Shown here one piece after another: positions 24,952 through 37,298 of a DNA stretch of 64,000 nucleotides. The first letter of the stretch is position 1. The number at the start of each line of letters is the position of its first letter. The translations under genes and the position numbers were made by a program. The stretch spans positions 160,001 to 224,000 of the forward strand of contig CAWJTV010000027.1 in assembly GCA_963845755.1 (NCBI GenBank), in the 5' to 3' direction. The notes beneath the pieces were generated by a model. The model ran no database searches and was not told the DNA's origin. It saw only the letters and a program-made list of their open reading frames with translations. The DNA is from an uncultured Planctomycetota bacterium. Its GTDB lineage: Bacteria; Planctomycetota; Planctomycetia; Isosphaerales; Isosphaeraceae.

Positions 24952-26171
24952 ATGATCACGATCCGGAGAAGCGTCCTTTATTCCGCGATGGTCGCTCTGT
25001 TCGCCGCCGAGGGTCGGACGGAGGCGGCCGACCGGCCCGTCTGGACCCATCTCTCCAGCAAGACCGGTGCGCGTGCCGGGCACCCGGCACATCGATCCAG
25101 CAGACCGCCTGCCTGGTGCTCGATGTCGACAAGGACGGGCTCAATGACATCGTGGTCGGCAGCCGGGTCGAGGGGGCGCGTCTGGCCTGGTATCGTCGGG
25201 AGAAGGACGGCTGGACGATCCATCCCATCGATCGCGGACTCAATATCGAGGCCGGGGGAGCCGCCGCCGACCTCGACGGCGATGGTGACCTGGACCTCAT
25301 CTTCGGCGAGGATTACTCCGGGCACCAAACTCTACTGGTGGGAGAACCCCTGGCCACACTACGAATCCAGGACATCGTGGACGCGGCGCGAGATCGAATC
25401 CTCGGGCGATCGCATGCACCACGATCAGATCCTCGGTGACTTCAATGGCGATGGCCGGGATGATCTGGCCTTCTGGGTCCAGCATGCGGAGGTCCTCCGG
25501 CTGGCCGAACTCCCGCGCAACCCCGCCGGAGCGGACCCTGGCCGGCGACCGCGATCGCGCGGGTCGGCCAGGCCGAGGGGTTGGCGAAGGGCGACGTCAA
25601 CGGTGACGGCAAGGTCAACCTGATCGGCGGCGGCTACTGGTTCCGGCATGAGGGCGGCTCCGATTACCGGCCCATGCTCATTGACGGGGGATCCAAGCTC
25701 ACCCGGTCGGCGGCCGGACAACTGATCACGGGAGGTCCTCCCGAGGTCGTCTTCGCCGCCGGGGATGTGCTCGGTCGCCTGAAGTGGTTCGAACGCCGCG
25801 GCGAGACCTGGATCGCCCATGATCTGCTGGGCGAAGATGTCGTCCACGGTCACAGCCTCCAACTGGCCGATATCGATAAGGACGGCCATCTCGACATCTT
25901 CTGCGCCGAGATGGCCAAGTGGACCGACGCAGCCACGAAACCCGACCATCCGAATCCGCGGATGTGGATCTTCTACGGTGATGGCCGGGGCGGATTCGAC
26001 AAGACCATACTGGCCACGGGGATCGAGAATCATGAGTCGCGCGTCGCCGACCTGGACGGAGACGGCGACCTGGACATCGTGGGCAAACCCTACAGCTTCG
26101 ACACGCCCCGGCTCGACATCTGGCTCAACCGAGGGACGGGCTCGGAGCCGAAAGTGACGACGGAACGGTGA
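24952..26171 (+). CDS. Secreted FG-GAP/VCBS repeat protein; several indels
   Basis: Signal peptide and repeated DxDxDG motifs (DVDKDGLNDIV, DLDGDGDLDLI, DFNGDGRDDL, DIDKDGHLDI). Confidence 0.85.
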
Positions 26172-26206
26172 GACGCCAGCCTGGTGTTTGCGGGGTAAAT
26201 CGGTAT

Positions 26207-26610
26207 GAGAGTCTGTTCCAAAAGCCCCAGAGGGGCGACCGGACGTAGCCAGGGGCGTGAGCCCCTGGACGATCTCCCTCGACCGTCCTTCGAGCCCCGG
26301 AGGGGCGGCAGAAGTCCTCAGAGCCACAGGGTTTCTGTCGCCCCTCTGGGGCTTCCCGGAACGGAGGAACTCCCCTCGTCCAGGGGCTCACGCCCGTGGC
26401 TACGTGCTTCCGCCCCCATCCGGGGGCTCAGGGAAACGACTGAGAGTCTGTTCCGAAAGGGCGAGCGGGGGGCGTCAGCCCCCTGTCTTCGAGAGCCCTC
26501 GCTCAACGGACAGGGGGCTGACGCCCCCCGCTCGCCCGGGCCTGCCCCTTCGGGAACAGACTCTTCGGGAACAGACTCTTCGGGAACAGACTCTTCGGGA
26601 ACAGACTCTG
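26207..26610. repeat. Composite MITE/REP array with a 4 x 15-bp tandem repeat
   Basis: GAGAGTCTGTTCC at 26207 and 26442; inverse end TCGGGAACAGACTCT x4 at 26550-26609; internal inverted pairs 26245-26268/26380-26403 and about 26459-26488/26510-26538. Confidence 0.85.
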
Positions 26611-26634
26611 AGACGTTGTCTCCGGTATCTGGCC

Positions 26635-29132
26635 ATGCCTCTCGCTCTCCTGGCGGCGGATGTTGGTCGAGCCTTCGCGCAAGAACTCCATGATTTCGAG
26701 TCCCAGTTTCGGGGGTTCCTCGACACGCATTGCGTCGCATGTCATGGTCCCGAGATGCAGAAGCGTCGGCTGCGATTGGATCGCTTGCCCTTCGCGTTCG
26801 ACGACAAGGACGTGACGGCGACCTGGGTGAAGGTGCTCGACAAGCTCTCCCGGGGCGAGATGCCGCCGAAGGACCAGCCGCGCCCGCCTGAAGACGAGGC
26901 CCGCGCGGCAATCGCCGGGTTGGATCGGCAGTTGCACGACGCCTCGCTCGAACGACAGCGCCGCGAAGGTCGCGTCGTGCTTCGGCGACTGAACCGCACC
27001 GAGTACGAAACCACGCTCCGCGACCTGCTGGCCACGCGCGTCGAGGTGAAGGACTTGCTCCCGGACGATAACATCGCGGCCGGGTTCGACAACGTGAGCG
27101 CGGTGCTGGATGTTTCGCCGGTGCACCTGCTGCGGATATCAGGACGCGGCCGAGAAGGCGGTCCGGGCGGTCATCCCGAAGCGCCCGCGCGTTTCGATCC
27201 AGGAACGACGCACGGGCCGGCAGATCACCGAGAAGCTGAAGCTCTACCAGGAGCTGCTCGGCAAATCGGCACGGCTGGACGGCGATGCGCTGGTCCTCTA
27301 TCTCCGCAATCCGGATTACATCCCGTGTGCCACCGCGCCGGCGCCGGCGGACGGCCGGTATCGCGTGCGAGTTTCGGTCTCTGCCGTGAATACCGACGGC
27401 AAGCCATTGCCGATGATGTGCGTCTGCCGGGTCAACCAGTATGACCGCGAGGATACCGACGTCCGCACGGTGCGCGACGCCCCGGCCGGCAAGCCGATCG
27501 TGATCGAGGAGGAGTTCGACCTCCGCGAGCGGGAAGTCATGGTCTTCGCCGGCTGGTCGCTGCCTCATCCCCGGGAGTTCGAGCGCGTTCACAAGAATCG
27601 CCCGCTCGACGCCCATCCCACGCTGCCGGGCCTGGCCGTGCACTGGGTCGAGATCGAAGGGCCGCTCGGTCCCTGGCCGACGGAAGGCTATCGGCGCCTC
27701 TTCGGCGACGTGCCGCTCAAGCCGCAATCGGTCGCGAAAGCGGAGTCCGAAGGACGGCCCGTCCCGCCGCAGCCGGCCAGCCGCCCGGACGGCTGGTGGC
27801 AGTACGACCCGCTCATCCCGGCACCCGCCAGGCCGCGTGAGAACGCCGAACGACTGTTGCGGTCGTTCTTGCCGCTGGCCTTTCGCCGGCCGGTTGGCGA
27901 GGACCTGGTGCGCTACTATGTGACGCTGGTCCATGCGGAGCTCGACAAGGGTGTGTCGTTCGCCGAGGCGATGGTCGTGGGCTATAAGGCCGCGCTCTGC
28001 TCGCCCCATTTCCTGTTCCTCACCGAGCGGATCGAGGACTCGCGCGGGGATCGTCGCACCGAGCTGGACGACTATGCCGTCGCCACACGGCTGTCTTATT
28101 TTCTCTGGTCGTCGATGCCGGACCAGGCGTTGATGGAACTGGCAGCGAAGGGCGAGCTGCACAAGCCCGACGTCTTGCGGGCACAGGTCGAGCGGTTGTT
28201 GAACGATCCCAAGGCCCACCGGTTCACGGCCAACTTCGCCGGTCAATGGCTCGACTTGCGGAGTATCAACGCCACCTCGCCGGACCCCCAGATCTACGGC
28301 GAGTTCGACGACTTCCTGTTCTGGTCGATGCCGCGCGAGACGGAGCGGTTCTTCGAAGAGGTTCTGCACCACGATCGCAGCTTGACCGAATTCGTTGACT
28401 CGGACTGGACGTTCCTGAATCAGCGATTGGCTCAGCATTACGGGATCGCGGGCGTCGACGGCGGCGAGCTGCGCAGGGTCAAACTTTCGCCGGGCAGCCA
28501 CCGCGGCGGCGTCTTGACGCACGCGTCGATCCTGAAGGTCACGGCGGACGGCACGCGGACATCGCCGGTCCTGCGCGGCAAGTGGGTGCTCGATCGGATC
28601 CTCGGCCAGCCGCCGTCCCCGCCGCCGCCCGACATCCCGGTCCTCGAGCCCGACATCCGCGGCGCCACCACGATCCGCCAGCAGCTCGACAAGCACCGCA
28701 ACACGCCGGCCTGCGCGTCATGTCATCGCTACATCGATCCGCCCGGGTTTGCGCTCGAGACCTTCGACGTCATCGGCGGCTGGCGCGACTTCTACCGGGC
28801 CACTCAGCCCCGCGGGCACAAGCCCGTCGATCTGGCCAACTACCCGGGGCGACAGATCTATCGCGGCCCCGACGTCGAGCGCGGCGGCACCACGCCTGAT
28901 GGCAGGTCATTCCAGGGCATCGACGATTACAAGCGCCTCTTGCTTGCGGACAAGAATCAGCTCGCGCACAGCCTCGCTCGAAAACTGCTGATCTACGCCA
29001 CCGGGGCGGACATCCAGTTCGCCGACCGCGAGGTGGTTGAAGACTTGGTGGCGAAGTGCCGCGCCCGGAACTACGGCTTCCGCTCGCTCGTGCATGCGGT
29101 GGTTCAGAGCCGGGTGTTCTTGAACAAGTGGA
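26635..29132 (+). CDS. DUF1592-family planctomycete cytochrome-c-like protein; indel near 27135
   Basis: CVACH, RRLNRTEYETTLRDLL, LSYFLWSSMPD, FAGQWLDLR, TSPVLRGKWV and CASCH; probably ends VFLNK*. Confidence 0.9.
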
Positions 29133-29832
29133 ATCATCGCGTGGCGAATTCAGCGGAGAGTGACAAATGCTCGACCTCGCGCTTATCTCTATTCCACAGA
29201 TCGACGCAATCGCCGGAAGGAGCTTTGCCGACTCGGGCTTTACCACGACCTGCGGCTGGTTATGGCCGATCGCCTGGCCCATCCTTTATACGAGGGTGAT
29301 GTCGGACATCACGTCCGGAATGGCGCGATACACTCGACCGGAACGACCGGTCAGCAAGCGTGGTGCAATTGTGACAGTCAGGGGCTCGGCCCAGAGAAGG
29401 ATGGTTCGTCGATCGCCGTCCCTTCTGTCAATTTGACCGGCTGTAGGATCGAGAGTTGAGCCATCGACCCGAACTCCTCCACACGTTCAACGTCATCACA
29501 GGGTCAATGCCTCCTCATGGACTGATCGAAGAAGTGCTCGATGGAATGGGCCACGACGACGGATCGAACGCGCCGGACATCTTCGCCCAGCATTTGGAGA
29601 GTATCGCGGGAAGGCGAGATGGCGGGCGGCGTACTGGATGGGCTTTCGGTCCTTTCGATCGCAATCTTTGATGATGATCGCAGCACAGTGCACTAGGCCA
29701 GATTGTTGGGTTATTGGCCGCATGGTGAAATTCCATCCGTTGATAAATCATAACAATGGTGAGTCATCATCAATACGGCCCAGCCGACTCGCCTTCGTGA
29801 TCGCTGTGGAATCGACTTCGGAGGACTGTGCC

Positions 29833-31103
29833 GTGCCTCTCTCTCCGCTGGACCGCCGCACGTTCCTCCGCTCGGCCGGCGTTTGCATCGGCCTGCCGCT
29901 CCTCGACGCAATGCTGCCGATCGGTCTGGGGGCGGATCGCAAGGCCGCGGCGATGCGCCCAAAGCGCATGCTCCTCATCAGTCAACCGCTGGGCCTGCAC
30001 GCCGCCGAATTTCTTCCCGACCCAGACCGGGACGGATTATGAGCCCTCGCGCTACTTGAAACCGCTGCAAGATCCATCGACGCGACTTCACGGTGTTCTC
30101 GGGCCTGTCGCACGTAGGCTATCCCGGCGGTCATCACACCGAGGTCGCCCTGTTGACCGGCGTGGCGCCCGAGCGGGTGCGGTTCAATGATATCCGCAAC
30201 ACGATCTCGCTCGACCAGGAAGTCGCCTCTCGGCTGGGCGGCGAGACCCGGTTCCCTTATCTGTCGCTGGGTGGCGGCCCCGTGTCGTGGAACCGCAAGG
30301 GTGTGAAGGTGCCGTCCGAGGAACGGGCCACTCAGGTCTTCAAGCAACTCTTTATTGACGGTACCCCGGAGGAGGTGGCGCGCGAGGTCGAGCGGATCAA
30401 GACGGGTCAGAGCATCCTCGACGGCGTGCGCGACCAGGCGCGGTCATTGGGTGGGACACTCGGTCCAGCCGATCGACAACGCCTCGACCTGATGCTGACC
30501 TCGATCCGCGAGGCCGAGCAGCGCCTCCAGCAGGATCAGGCCTGGGTGTTGAAGCCCAAGCCGAAGGTGCAGGCCAGGCCCTTCACCGACGATTACCACA
30601 CGGACCTGCGGACGCTCGATCGCGAACGGCAGTGGTTCGACCTGGTGCACCTGGCGCTGCAAACCGATTCCACGCGCGTGATCGCCTTGTGGATCTGGTC
30701 GTATGGCCGGATCGACCTGCCGGATGTGGCCATCGGCCATCACGACGCCACGCACCACGGTCAGGACGAGGCCAAGATCAAACAGCTCGCCTTGATCGAA
30801 GAGGCCGAGATGGCCCTCTTCGCCGGGCTCCTCGGCAAGATGAAGGCGACCAACGAAAACGGCTCATCGCTGCTCGATCGGACGGTGGTGTTCTACGGGA
30901 GCAACCTGGGGAACGCCTCGGCGCACACCTGTGAGAACCTGCCGATCCTGCTCGCGGGCGGCGGATTCCACCATGCGGGCCACGTCGTCTTCGATCGCAA
31001 GACGAACGCGCCGCTGTCCAACCTCTTCGTCCGGATGCTGCACCAGATGGACATCGAAGCCGATCGCTTCGGCAGCAGCACGGGGACGCTCGGTGAGATA
31101 TGA
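29833..31103 (+). CDS. DUF1552 family protein; indels in the first 250 bp
   Basis: LDRRTFLRSAGVCIGLPLLDAM, NTISLDQ, ALQTDSTRV and GSNLGNASAH...LPILLAGGGF. Confidence 0.9.
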
Positions 31104-31127
31104 GATTGTCGATGGGCGATATCGATC

Positions 31128-32054
31128 CTACTCGATCCGTTGTGTATAAATGTCCGACCCGCCGTCGCGCTCGGAGACGAACGTCACGCCGCGGCCGTCT
31201 GGGGCCCAGGTGGGGAAGGTATCGCCAAGCGGGTTCCGGGAGATGTTGACGGGATGCGAGCCATCGGCGTTGGCGACGTAGACCTCAAGCTGGCCGTCAC
31301 GGTTCGAGACGAACGCGAGCCGTTTGCCATCGCGCGAGTAAGCGGGATAGTCATCGAGCCCGCGGCTGTCGGTCAAACGGGTCACCCCGCTGCCGTCGGG
31401 ACGGACGCGGGCGATCTCCAGGCCGGTTCCCCATCGATCGGTGACGAAGGCGATCGACTTCCCGTCGGGCGACCAGCAGGGGTGGGCGTCGTGGCCGGGA
31501 TGCTGGGTTAGCCGGACGACGTCCGAGCCGTCGAGGGCTGCGGTATAAATCTCCTGGTTGCCGTCGTGCGTCGAGCTGAACGCGAGCCGCTTGCCGTCCG
31601 GCGACCAGGCGGGCCATTCCTGGTGGACGAGCTTGCCCTGCTCCTCGGCAATGATCGGCTTCCGGCCGGAGCCGTCGGCGTTGACCGCGAAGATGTCGAG
31701 ATTCCCCTGGGTGCCGATGAACCGGATCATGCACAGGAGTAACCGGGACCCGCCCGGCACGAAAGTCGCGTCGAAATGAGGCTCGTCATAGTCGGGGAGC
31801 AGCCGGCGCGCGGCATCCGTCTTGCCGGGATCGCAGACATATTGCCACATGTGAGTGCTATCCGCTTCCTGACGCGCGAATGCCAGCCGCTTGCCGTCGG
31901 GTGACCAGGAGGGACGACGCTTGTCGAGACCGTCTCGCGTGTGGCGGGTGAGGCGATCCTCGGGCGACGCCGCGACGCTGATGGAGAACGCCAGACCGAG
32001 TCCGAACAGGAGGGCGGCCGAACCGAGAGCTCTCATTGTTGGAATCCTGGTCAC
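31128..32054 (-). CDS. TolB-like PD40 beta-propeller protein
   Basis: Signal peptide and repeated PxWSPDGKxLAF. Confidence 0.9.
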   Translation of the reverse strand: MTRIPTMRALGSAALLFGLGLAFSISVAASPEDRLTRHTRDGLDKRRPSWSPDGKRLAFARQEADSTHMWQYVCDPGKTDAARRLLPDYDEPHFDATFVPGGSRLLLCMIRFIGTQGNLDIFAVNADGSGRKPIIAEEQGKLVHQEWPAWSPDGKRLAFSSTHDGNQEIYTAALDGSDVVRLTQHPGHDAHPCWSPDGKSIAFVTDRWGTGLEIARVRPDGSGVTRLTDSRGLDDYPAYSRDGKRLAFVSNRDGQLEVYVANADGSHPVNISRNPLGDTFPTWAPDGRGVTFVSERDGGSDIYTQRIE

Positions 32055-32064
32055 CGGTATGCGT

Positions 32065-33433
32065 TCAGAATAGCTCCTCGATGACCTGGCCGTCGGGTGC
32101 GAGGTTGATCCCGGTCAGGTCGGCGGCGCCGATGCCCAGGCGGGCGAAGATCGTGGCGCCCAGGTCGGCCGGGCTGAAATGACGGTCGGCCGGATGCTCG
32201 GCGACGCTTGTCGGAGGTGCCGATCGCCCGACCGCCCTGGACTCCGCCGCCGGCCAGCAGCGCCGTGTAGCACTGAGGGTGATGCTCGCGGCCGGCGCGG
32301 TCGTTGATCTTCGGCGAGCGGCCGAACTCGCCCACCGCGACGACCAGCGTCGTGTCGAGCAATCCGCGTCGGTCGAGGTCCTCGATCAGGGCCGACAGCG
32401 CCCGGTCGAACATCCAGCCGTGCTGATCCTGCATGATCGCGAAATAACGGTCGTGCATATCCCAGCCGCCGTCGCCGCTGTCTTCGATCGCCTCGACATG
32501 GGTGCTCCAGTTGACCTGGACGAACGGCTGTCCCGCCTCGACCAACCGCCGGGCGATGAGGCAGCACTGGCCGAAGCGGTGAGGCCCGTACCGATGGCGC
32601 ACGGCGGGTTGCTCGCGCTCGACGTCGAGGGCCGAGAGGCTCTGACTCGAGCCGATGAGCGAGTGGGCCAGCTCGTAATGGCGGTCGAGTCGCGCGGCGG
32701 GACTCGCCGCGGGCGTGAGCCCTCCATCGAGCTGGTGCCGCAGGTCCCACCGGGCTTCGAGGCGGGCGGCGGAGACGCTCTCGGGCAACTGGGCGTCGGG
32801 CAGCCTCACGCCGGCGCCGGGCTCGTACCGGAGGCGGAACGGGTCATGGGCCGAGCCAAGTGTCCCGCCACCTTCGCCGACCACCCGCTTCTTCCCCTGG
32901 TGCAACGGATCGCCCAGGATCACGTAGGGCGGGATCGAGCCAGGCCGGCCCCGGTGCAGCCGGCCGACGATCGCGCCGGTGCTGGGCCGCTCGGCGCCCG
33001 CGACACTCGCGTCGCCGAGCCCCCGCGCCCCGGCCCGGCTGCCGGTCAATCCCATCGTCCCGGCGATGCCGTGGTCGGTCTCGTCGTGGTGCATCGTCCG
33101 CACCAGCGAGAACTTGTCGGCGCATCGGGCCAGGTTCGGCAGCAGCTCGCAGATCCTCAGCCCGGGGACCCTGGTCGCGATCGGCACGAACGGCCCCCGA
33201 TACTCGATCGGGGCGTCCGGTTTCATATCAAACGTGTCGAGCTGGCTCGGCGCCCCCCAGAGCCAGAGCAGGATGATCGATCGGGCCTGGCCGCCGGTCG
33301 CGCGGGCCGAGGCTCGGAGGGCCAGGTAATCGGCGAGCGTCAGCCCCAGCGGGCCGATCGCCCCGACGCGCAGGAACGACCGCCGGGAAATCCTCCCGCA
33401 GGTTCGATCCTGCTTCCGAGCGATCCTCAACAT
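32065..33433 (-). CDS. DUF1501 family protein; indel near 32210
   Basis: ISRRSFLRVG, GAPSQLDTFDMKP, CLIARRLVEAG, WDMH and GEFGRSPKIN; the corrected end reads VIEELF*. Confidence 0.92.
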
Positions 33434-33507
33434 GGCTCCGACCCTCTCGAGCGCCGGCGATGAGCACGGATGAACCCAGACGATTATCTCACAAATCCCT
33501 CCGATGG

Positions 33508-34644
33508 TCACCAGGTCGCGATCCAGGCAATCAGCCGGCGGCCGGCCGAGCTGAAGGTCTGCTCGCCCAGGCGGTCGGGCTCGACCCATCGGGCGTCAAC
33601 CAGGCCGGGGCCGGGGTCGAGCGTACCCGAGCGGGCCTCCGCGCGGTGGACGTTCAGCGTGACCCGGTGGTTCGTGACGCTGTATCGAAGGGTGGTCAAC
33701 AGCGAGCCGACCTCGGCCTGGATCCCCGTCAGCCGCCGGATTCCCTCGGCCAGTTCGACCGGGACGCCGAAGGACCGACCTGCCGGGTCGGCGCCGGCGA
33801 CGTGGATGGTCGGAAACTCCCAGAAGTGCTCCCAGAGTCCGCCTGCGCCGCGCTGGACGATCAAGATCTGACCGTTGCGAGAGACAACCGCACAGGCCTC
33901 GTTGACCGCCGCCGGAGGCGGTTTCGGCGTCGTCATCGGGATCGAATCCTGAAGGCCGAGCTGGCGGGCCCGGCAGAGGGTAGCCAGCGGGCAAAGCAGG
34001 CAGCTCGGCGACCGCGGCGTGCACACGAGGGCACCCAGATCCATCAATGCTTGATTGAAATCACCCGCTCCCAGTTCCGGGACCAGGTCTTCCGCCGCTT
34101 GCCAGATCCGCTCCCGTACTCGGGATACGTTCAGATCCTCGCGCACCGCCAGGAGTCGCACCAGCACGCGCTGGCTATTGGCCTCGACGATGGGCTCCGG
34201 CCGATCGAAGGCGAATGACAGAACCGCACCCGCGATGTAGCGCCCCACTCCCGGCAGGGCCCGGACCGCCGTCAGATCGTCCGGAATCATGCCCTCATGC
34301 TCTCGCACCACCTGCCGCGCCGCGGCCTGGAGTTGCCGGGCGCGGCGGTAATACCCCAGACCTTCCCACGCCTTGAGCACCTCGGCCTCATCCGCCTCCG
34401 CCAGCGACCGGATATCCGGAAATTGCCGGAGGAACCGCTCGAAGTACGGAATCACCGCCGTCACTGTCGTCTGCACCAGCATCAACTCTGAGACCAGGAT
34501 CCGATACGGATCCCGGTCGGCTCGCCATGGTAAGGGGCGGCGGGCATCCCGATACCACTCCGTCAGCCGTTCGCGCACCCCGGCAATCCATTCCCCATCT
34601 AGGTCCGGCTCCGATCGCGATGCCCTTTTCTCGGATTTCCCCAT
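33508..34644 (-). CDS. mutY: A/G-specific adenine glycosylase
   Basis: RPLPWR, ILVSELMLVQT, WEGLGYYRRAR, LPGVGRY, FNQALMDLGALVCTPRSPSCLLCPL and a NUDIX-like C-terminus. Confidence 0.95.
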   Translation of the reverse strand: MGKSEKRASRSEPDLDGEWIAGVRERLTEWYRDARRPLPWRADRDPYRILVSELMLVQTTVTAVIPYFERFLRQFPDIRSLAEADEAEVLKAWEGLGYYRRARQLQAAARQVVREHEGMIPDDLTAVRALPGVGRYIAGAVLSFAFDRPEPIVEANSQRVLVRLLAVREDLNVSRVRERIWQAAEDLVPELGAGDFNQALMDLGALVCTPRSPSCLLCPLATLCRARQLGLQDSIPMTTPKPPPAAVNEACAVVSRNGQILIVQRGAGGLWEHFWEFPTIHVAGADPAGRSFGVPVELAEGIRRLTGIQAEVGSLLTTLRYSVTNHRVTLNVHRAEARSGTLDPGPGLVDARWVEPDRLGEQTFSSAGRRLIAWIATW

Positions 34645-35149
34645 TGGGTTTCACTACCTCCTCCGCAAAACCCGCGTTTCGTTAGGCCATAGTAATCCCG
34701 ATTTCGGGATTTTTTTCCTAAATCGGGAAAACTTCTCTCGCAGTCGGGGAGAGAATGTACGATAATCAGTTCAACAAAGCGCCGAGACTTCCTAGTTTTT
34801 CCCGAATTCCCTCTCAATCCAATCAGGCGAATCGGCAAATTCGGAAAAACTAGTTAAGTGCTTTGTCCAACGGGAATCTTCGCTACGATGCGGGGTTTCT
34901 CGCTTGTGCGACGAATGCCATCAATGATCGACGTTCCGATCGATTTTCCAGAAACGACGACGTGTTGAGTAGTCAGTAGTCGGTGGTCCGAGGATAGCAA
35001 AACATTTGTCTTTGCTCGGTACCGACTACGGCTCAAAGGTTTTCTCTATCACGATGAGGTGTAGCGTGAACGGCGAAGCGGTCATCGAGAGGCGGCGTGA
35101 GCCGTGCGGGGCGCGGGGCTTCCCGGAGAAGGCCAATCCGAATCGACCC

Positions 35150-35800
35150 ATGCGCGGCGGGATGCAAGAACCTCTCTCACCCACTGACCCCACAGGGGGG
35201 GGAAGGCTCCCCGACGACGCGGGGCCGTATCCCGAGAAATGCGACCCACGGGGTCGTCGGAGTCCGCTGACGGAAGATCAGAGCCGGCTGGTGGTGAGGT
35301 ATCTGCCGCTGGCGAAGGGGATGGCTCTCAAGATGGGTCTCCCGAAATCCGAACGCGAGGAGTTGATCTCGGCGGCCTACCTGGCCCTGGTCGAGGCCGC
35401 CCAGTCGTTCGATGCGGCCTATACCGTGGGCTTCGCGGCTTTCGCCCGCCACCGGATCTATGGGGCGTTGTGCAATTGCCGGCGGTCCTGGCTCCGGCTG
35501 GCCAGGCGAAGTAAGACGGCCCGCAGGCCGGCGTTCTACCGGCTGGATCCTCGCGATGCGACACATGAGTCGGTTCTCATCCAGGAGACGGAGCCGCGGA
35601 CCGGCCCGGAATTCGAGCAGACCGAGGCAATGGAGTCGTACTTCCGACTACTGCCGAGGGACCAGGCCACGGCTTGTCGCCTCATTTACCTGAACGGGAA
35701 GTCCCAGGATGAAGTCGCGGACGTGCTCGGCTATTCCAAAGCGTACCTGTCGCGCCTGCACCGCAATGCCCTCGATTCGCTCAGGCGGCGGTGTTCGTAG
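35150..35800 (+). CDS. Sigma-70 family factor (FliA/WhiG-like, short)
   Basis: YLPLAKGMA, EELISAAYLALVEAAQSFD, FARHRIYGAL and SQDEVADVLGYSKAYLSRLH; the start codon is uncertain. Confidence 0.8.
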   Translation: MRGGMQEPLSPTDPTGGGRLPDDAGPYPEKCDPRGRRSPLTEDQSRLVVRYLPLAKGMALKMGLPKSEREELISAAYLALVEAAQSFDAAYTVGFAAFARHRIYGALCNCRRSWLRLARRSKTARRPAFYRLDPRDATHESVLIQETEPRTGPEFEQTEAMESYFRLLPRDQATACRLIYLNGKSQDEVADVLGYSKAYLSRLHRNALDSLRRRCS

Positions 35801-35866
35801 TGGAAAGGAGGCGAACACTCCGGACCGTTCTGTCTCCGATGTCTTGACCAGCCGCTTGTCGGAGGC

Positions 35867-37045
35867 TCAGGCCGCTCGATCGCCTGCGAGATGGGCATGC
35901 CCATGCCCGTCCAGGAACTGACGGATCGAGCCGACCACATACCGCTGTTGTTCGTCGGTCAACTCCGGATACATCGGCAAGGCCAGGGTCTCGTGCGCGG
36001 CCGATTCCGCGTTCGGGAAATCGCCGGGCTGATGACCCAACGTCGCGAAGCAGGGCTGCAAATGCAGGGGGATCGGGTAATAAACCTCCGTCCCGATCTG
36101 GCGGCCCGTCAGATACTCGCGCAGCGGATCGCGGACCGGAGCGGGAACACGGATGACGTATTGATTGAAGACGTGATAACATTCTTGTCGTTCGATGGGG
36201 AGGGTGATGAGGTCGCTGAGCCCATGGGCCTGGGAGAGGGTGAGGTACCGTGCGGCGGCTTCCCGGCGCCTGCGGGTCCAGGACTCGAGGTGGCGGAGCT
36301 TGACGCGGAGGACCGCGGCCTGGATGGCATCGAGTCGCGAGTTGAAACCGACCTCACGATGATGGTACTTCGGCTCCATACCATGGACGCGCAACCGAGC
36401 CAAGGTTGGAGCGAGGGTTGGGTCATCGGTCGTCATCAGCCCGCCGTCGCCGAAGCCACCGAGGTTCTTGGAGGGGTAGAAGCTGAATGCGGCGGCATGG
36501 CCGAGGGTGCCGGCCCGGCGCCCGTGGTAGGCTGAGCCGATAGCCTGGGCGGCATCTTCCAGCACGAAGAGGCCGTGATGCCGCGCGATCTCATTGATGG
36601 GATCCATGTCGGCGGCCTGGCCGTAGAGATGGACCGGGATGATCGCACGGGTCCGCGGCGTGATGGCGGCCTCGATCCGGGCCGGGTCGATATTATAGGT
36701 GTCGGGTTCGATGTTGACGAAGACCGGCCGGGCGCCGGTCCGCCAGATGGAGCCGGCGGTGGCGAAGAAGGAGTATGGGGTGGTGATGACCTCGTCGTCG
36801 GGCCGGATTCCCAGCGCCATCAGGGGCAACAGGAGGGCATCGGTCCCCGAGGCACAACCTACGGCGCGCGCGGCGCCGCAGTATTCGGCCAACTCGGTCT
36901 CGAACCGCTCAACTTCCGGGCCCTGGATGAACATCTGGCTCTCGATGACGTGCTGGACCGCGGAGTTGATCTCGTCGCGGATCGACTGGTACTGCGCCTT
37001 GAGGTCAAGGGCCGGGACGGCCACGGATTTCGGCGAGACGCTCAT
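35867..37045 (-). CDS. DegT/DnrJ/EryC1/StrS PLP aminotransferase
   Basis: [43 protein letters not shown] and [10 protein letters not shown]. Confidence 0.95.
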   Translation of the reverse strand: MSVSPKSVAVPALDLKAQYQSIRDEINSAVQHVIESQMFIQGPEVERFETELAEYCGAARAVGCASGTDALLLPLMALGIRPDDEVITTPYSFFATAGSIWRTGARPVFVNIEPDTYNIDPARIEAAITPRTRAIIPVHLYGQAADMDPINEIARHHGLFVLEDAAQAIGSAYHGRRAGTLGHAAAFSFYPSKNLGGFGDGGLMTTDDPTLAPTLARLRVHGMEPKYHHREVGFNSRLDAIQAAVLRVKLRHLESWTRRRREAAARYLTLSQAHGLSDLITLPIERQECYHVFNQYVIRVPAPVRDPLREYLTGRQIGTEVYYPIPLHLQPCFATLGHQPGDFPNAESAAHETLALPMYPELTDEQQRYVVGSIRQFLDGHGHAHLAGDRAA

Positions 37046-37298
37046 CGGCGATCACTCCTTTGACGCCTCTGGCGGATGCGAAGGGGTCGTTCACCCACCC
37101 TACGATGTGCGTGATCTCCTTCCCTGGAGATATCGGACGCCGCACGCTAGTGCCTGGCACCAATCATGTCAATGGCGGTTGCGGCGGGGAGGATTGGGAG
37201 AGTCGGGAGGATCGGGGGCTGCGGAAGCCGGTTTCTCAACGTAAGTGGCAGAGATGGCGAAAGATGCGGCCCTGAATTGCAGTCCACCGAATACGATT

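Noticed and set aside
26550..26609. Possible CRISPR array
   Set aside because: The 15-bp units are directly tandem with no spacers, and there are no cas genes.
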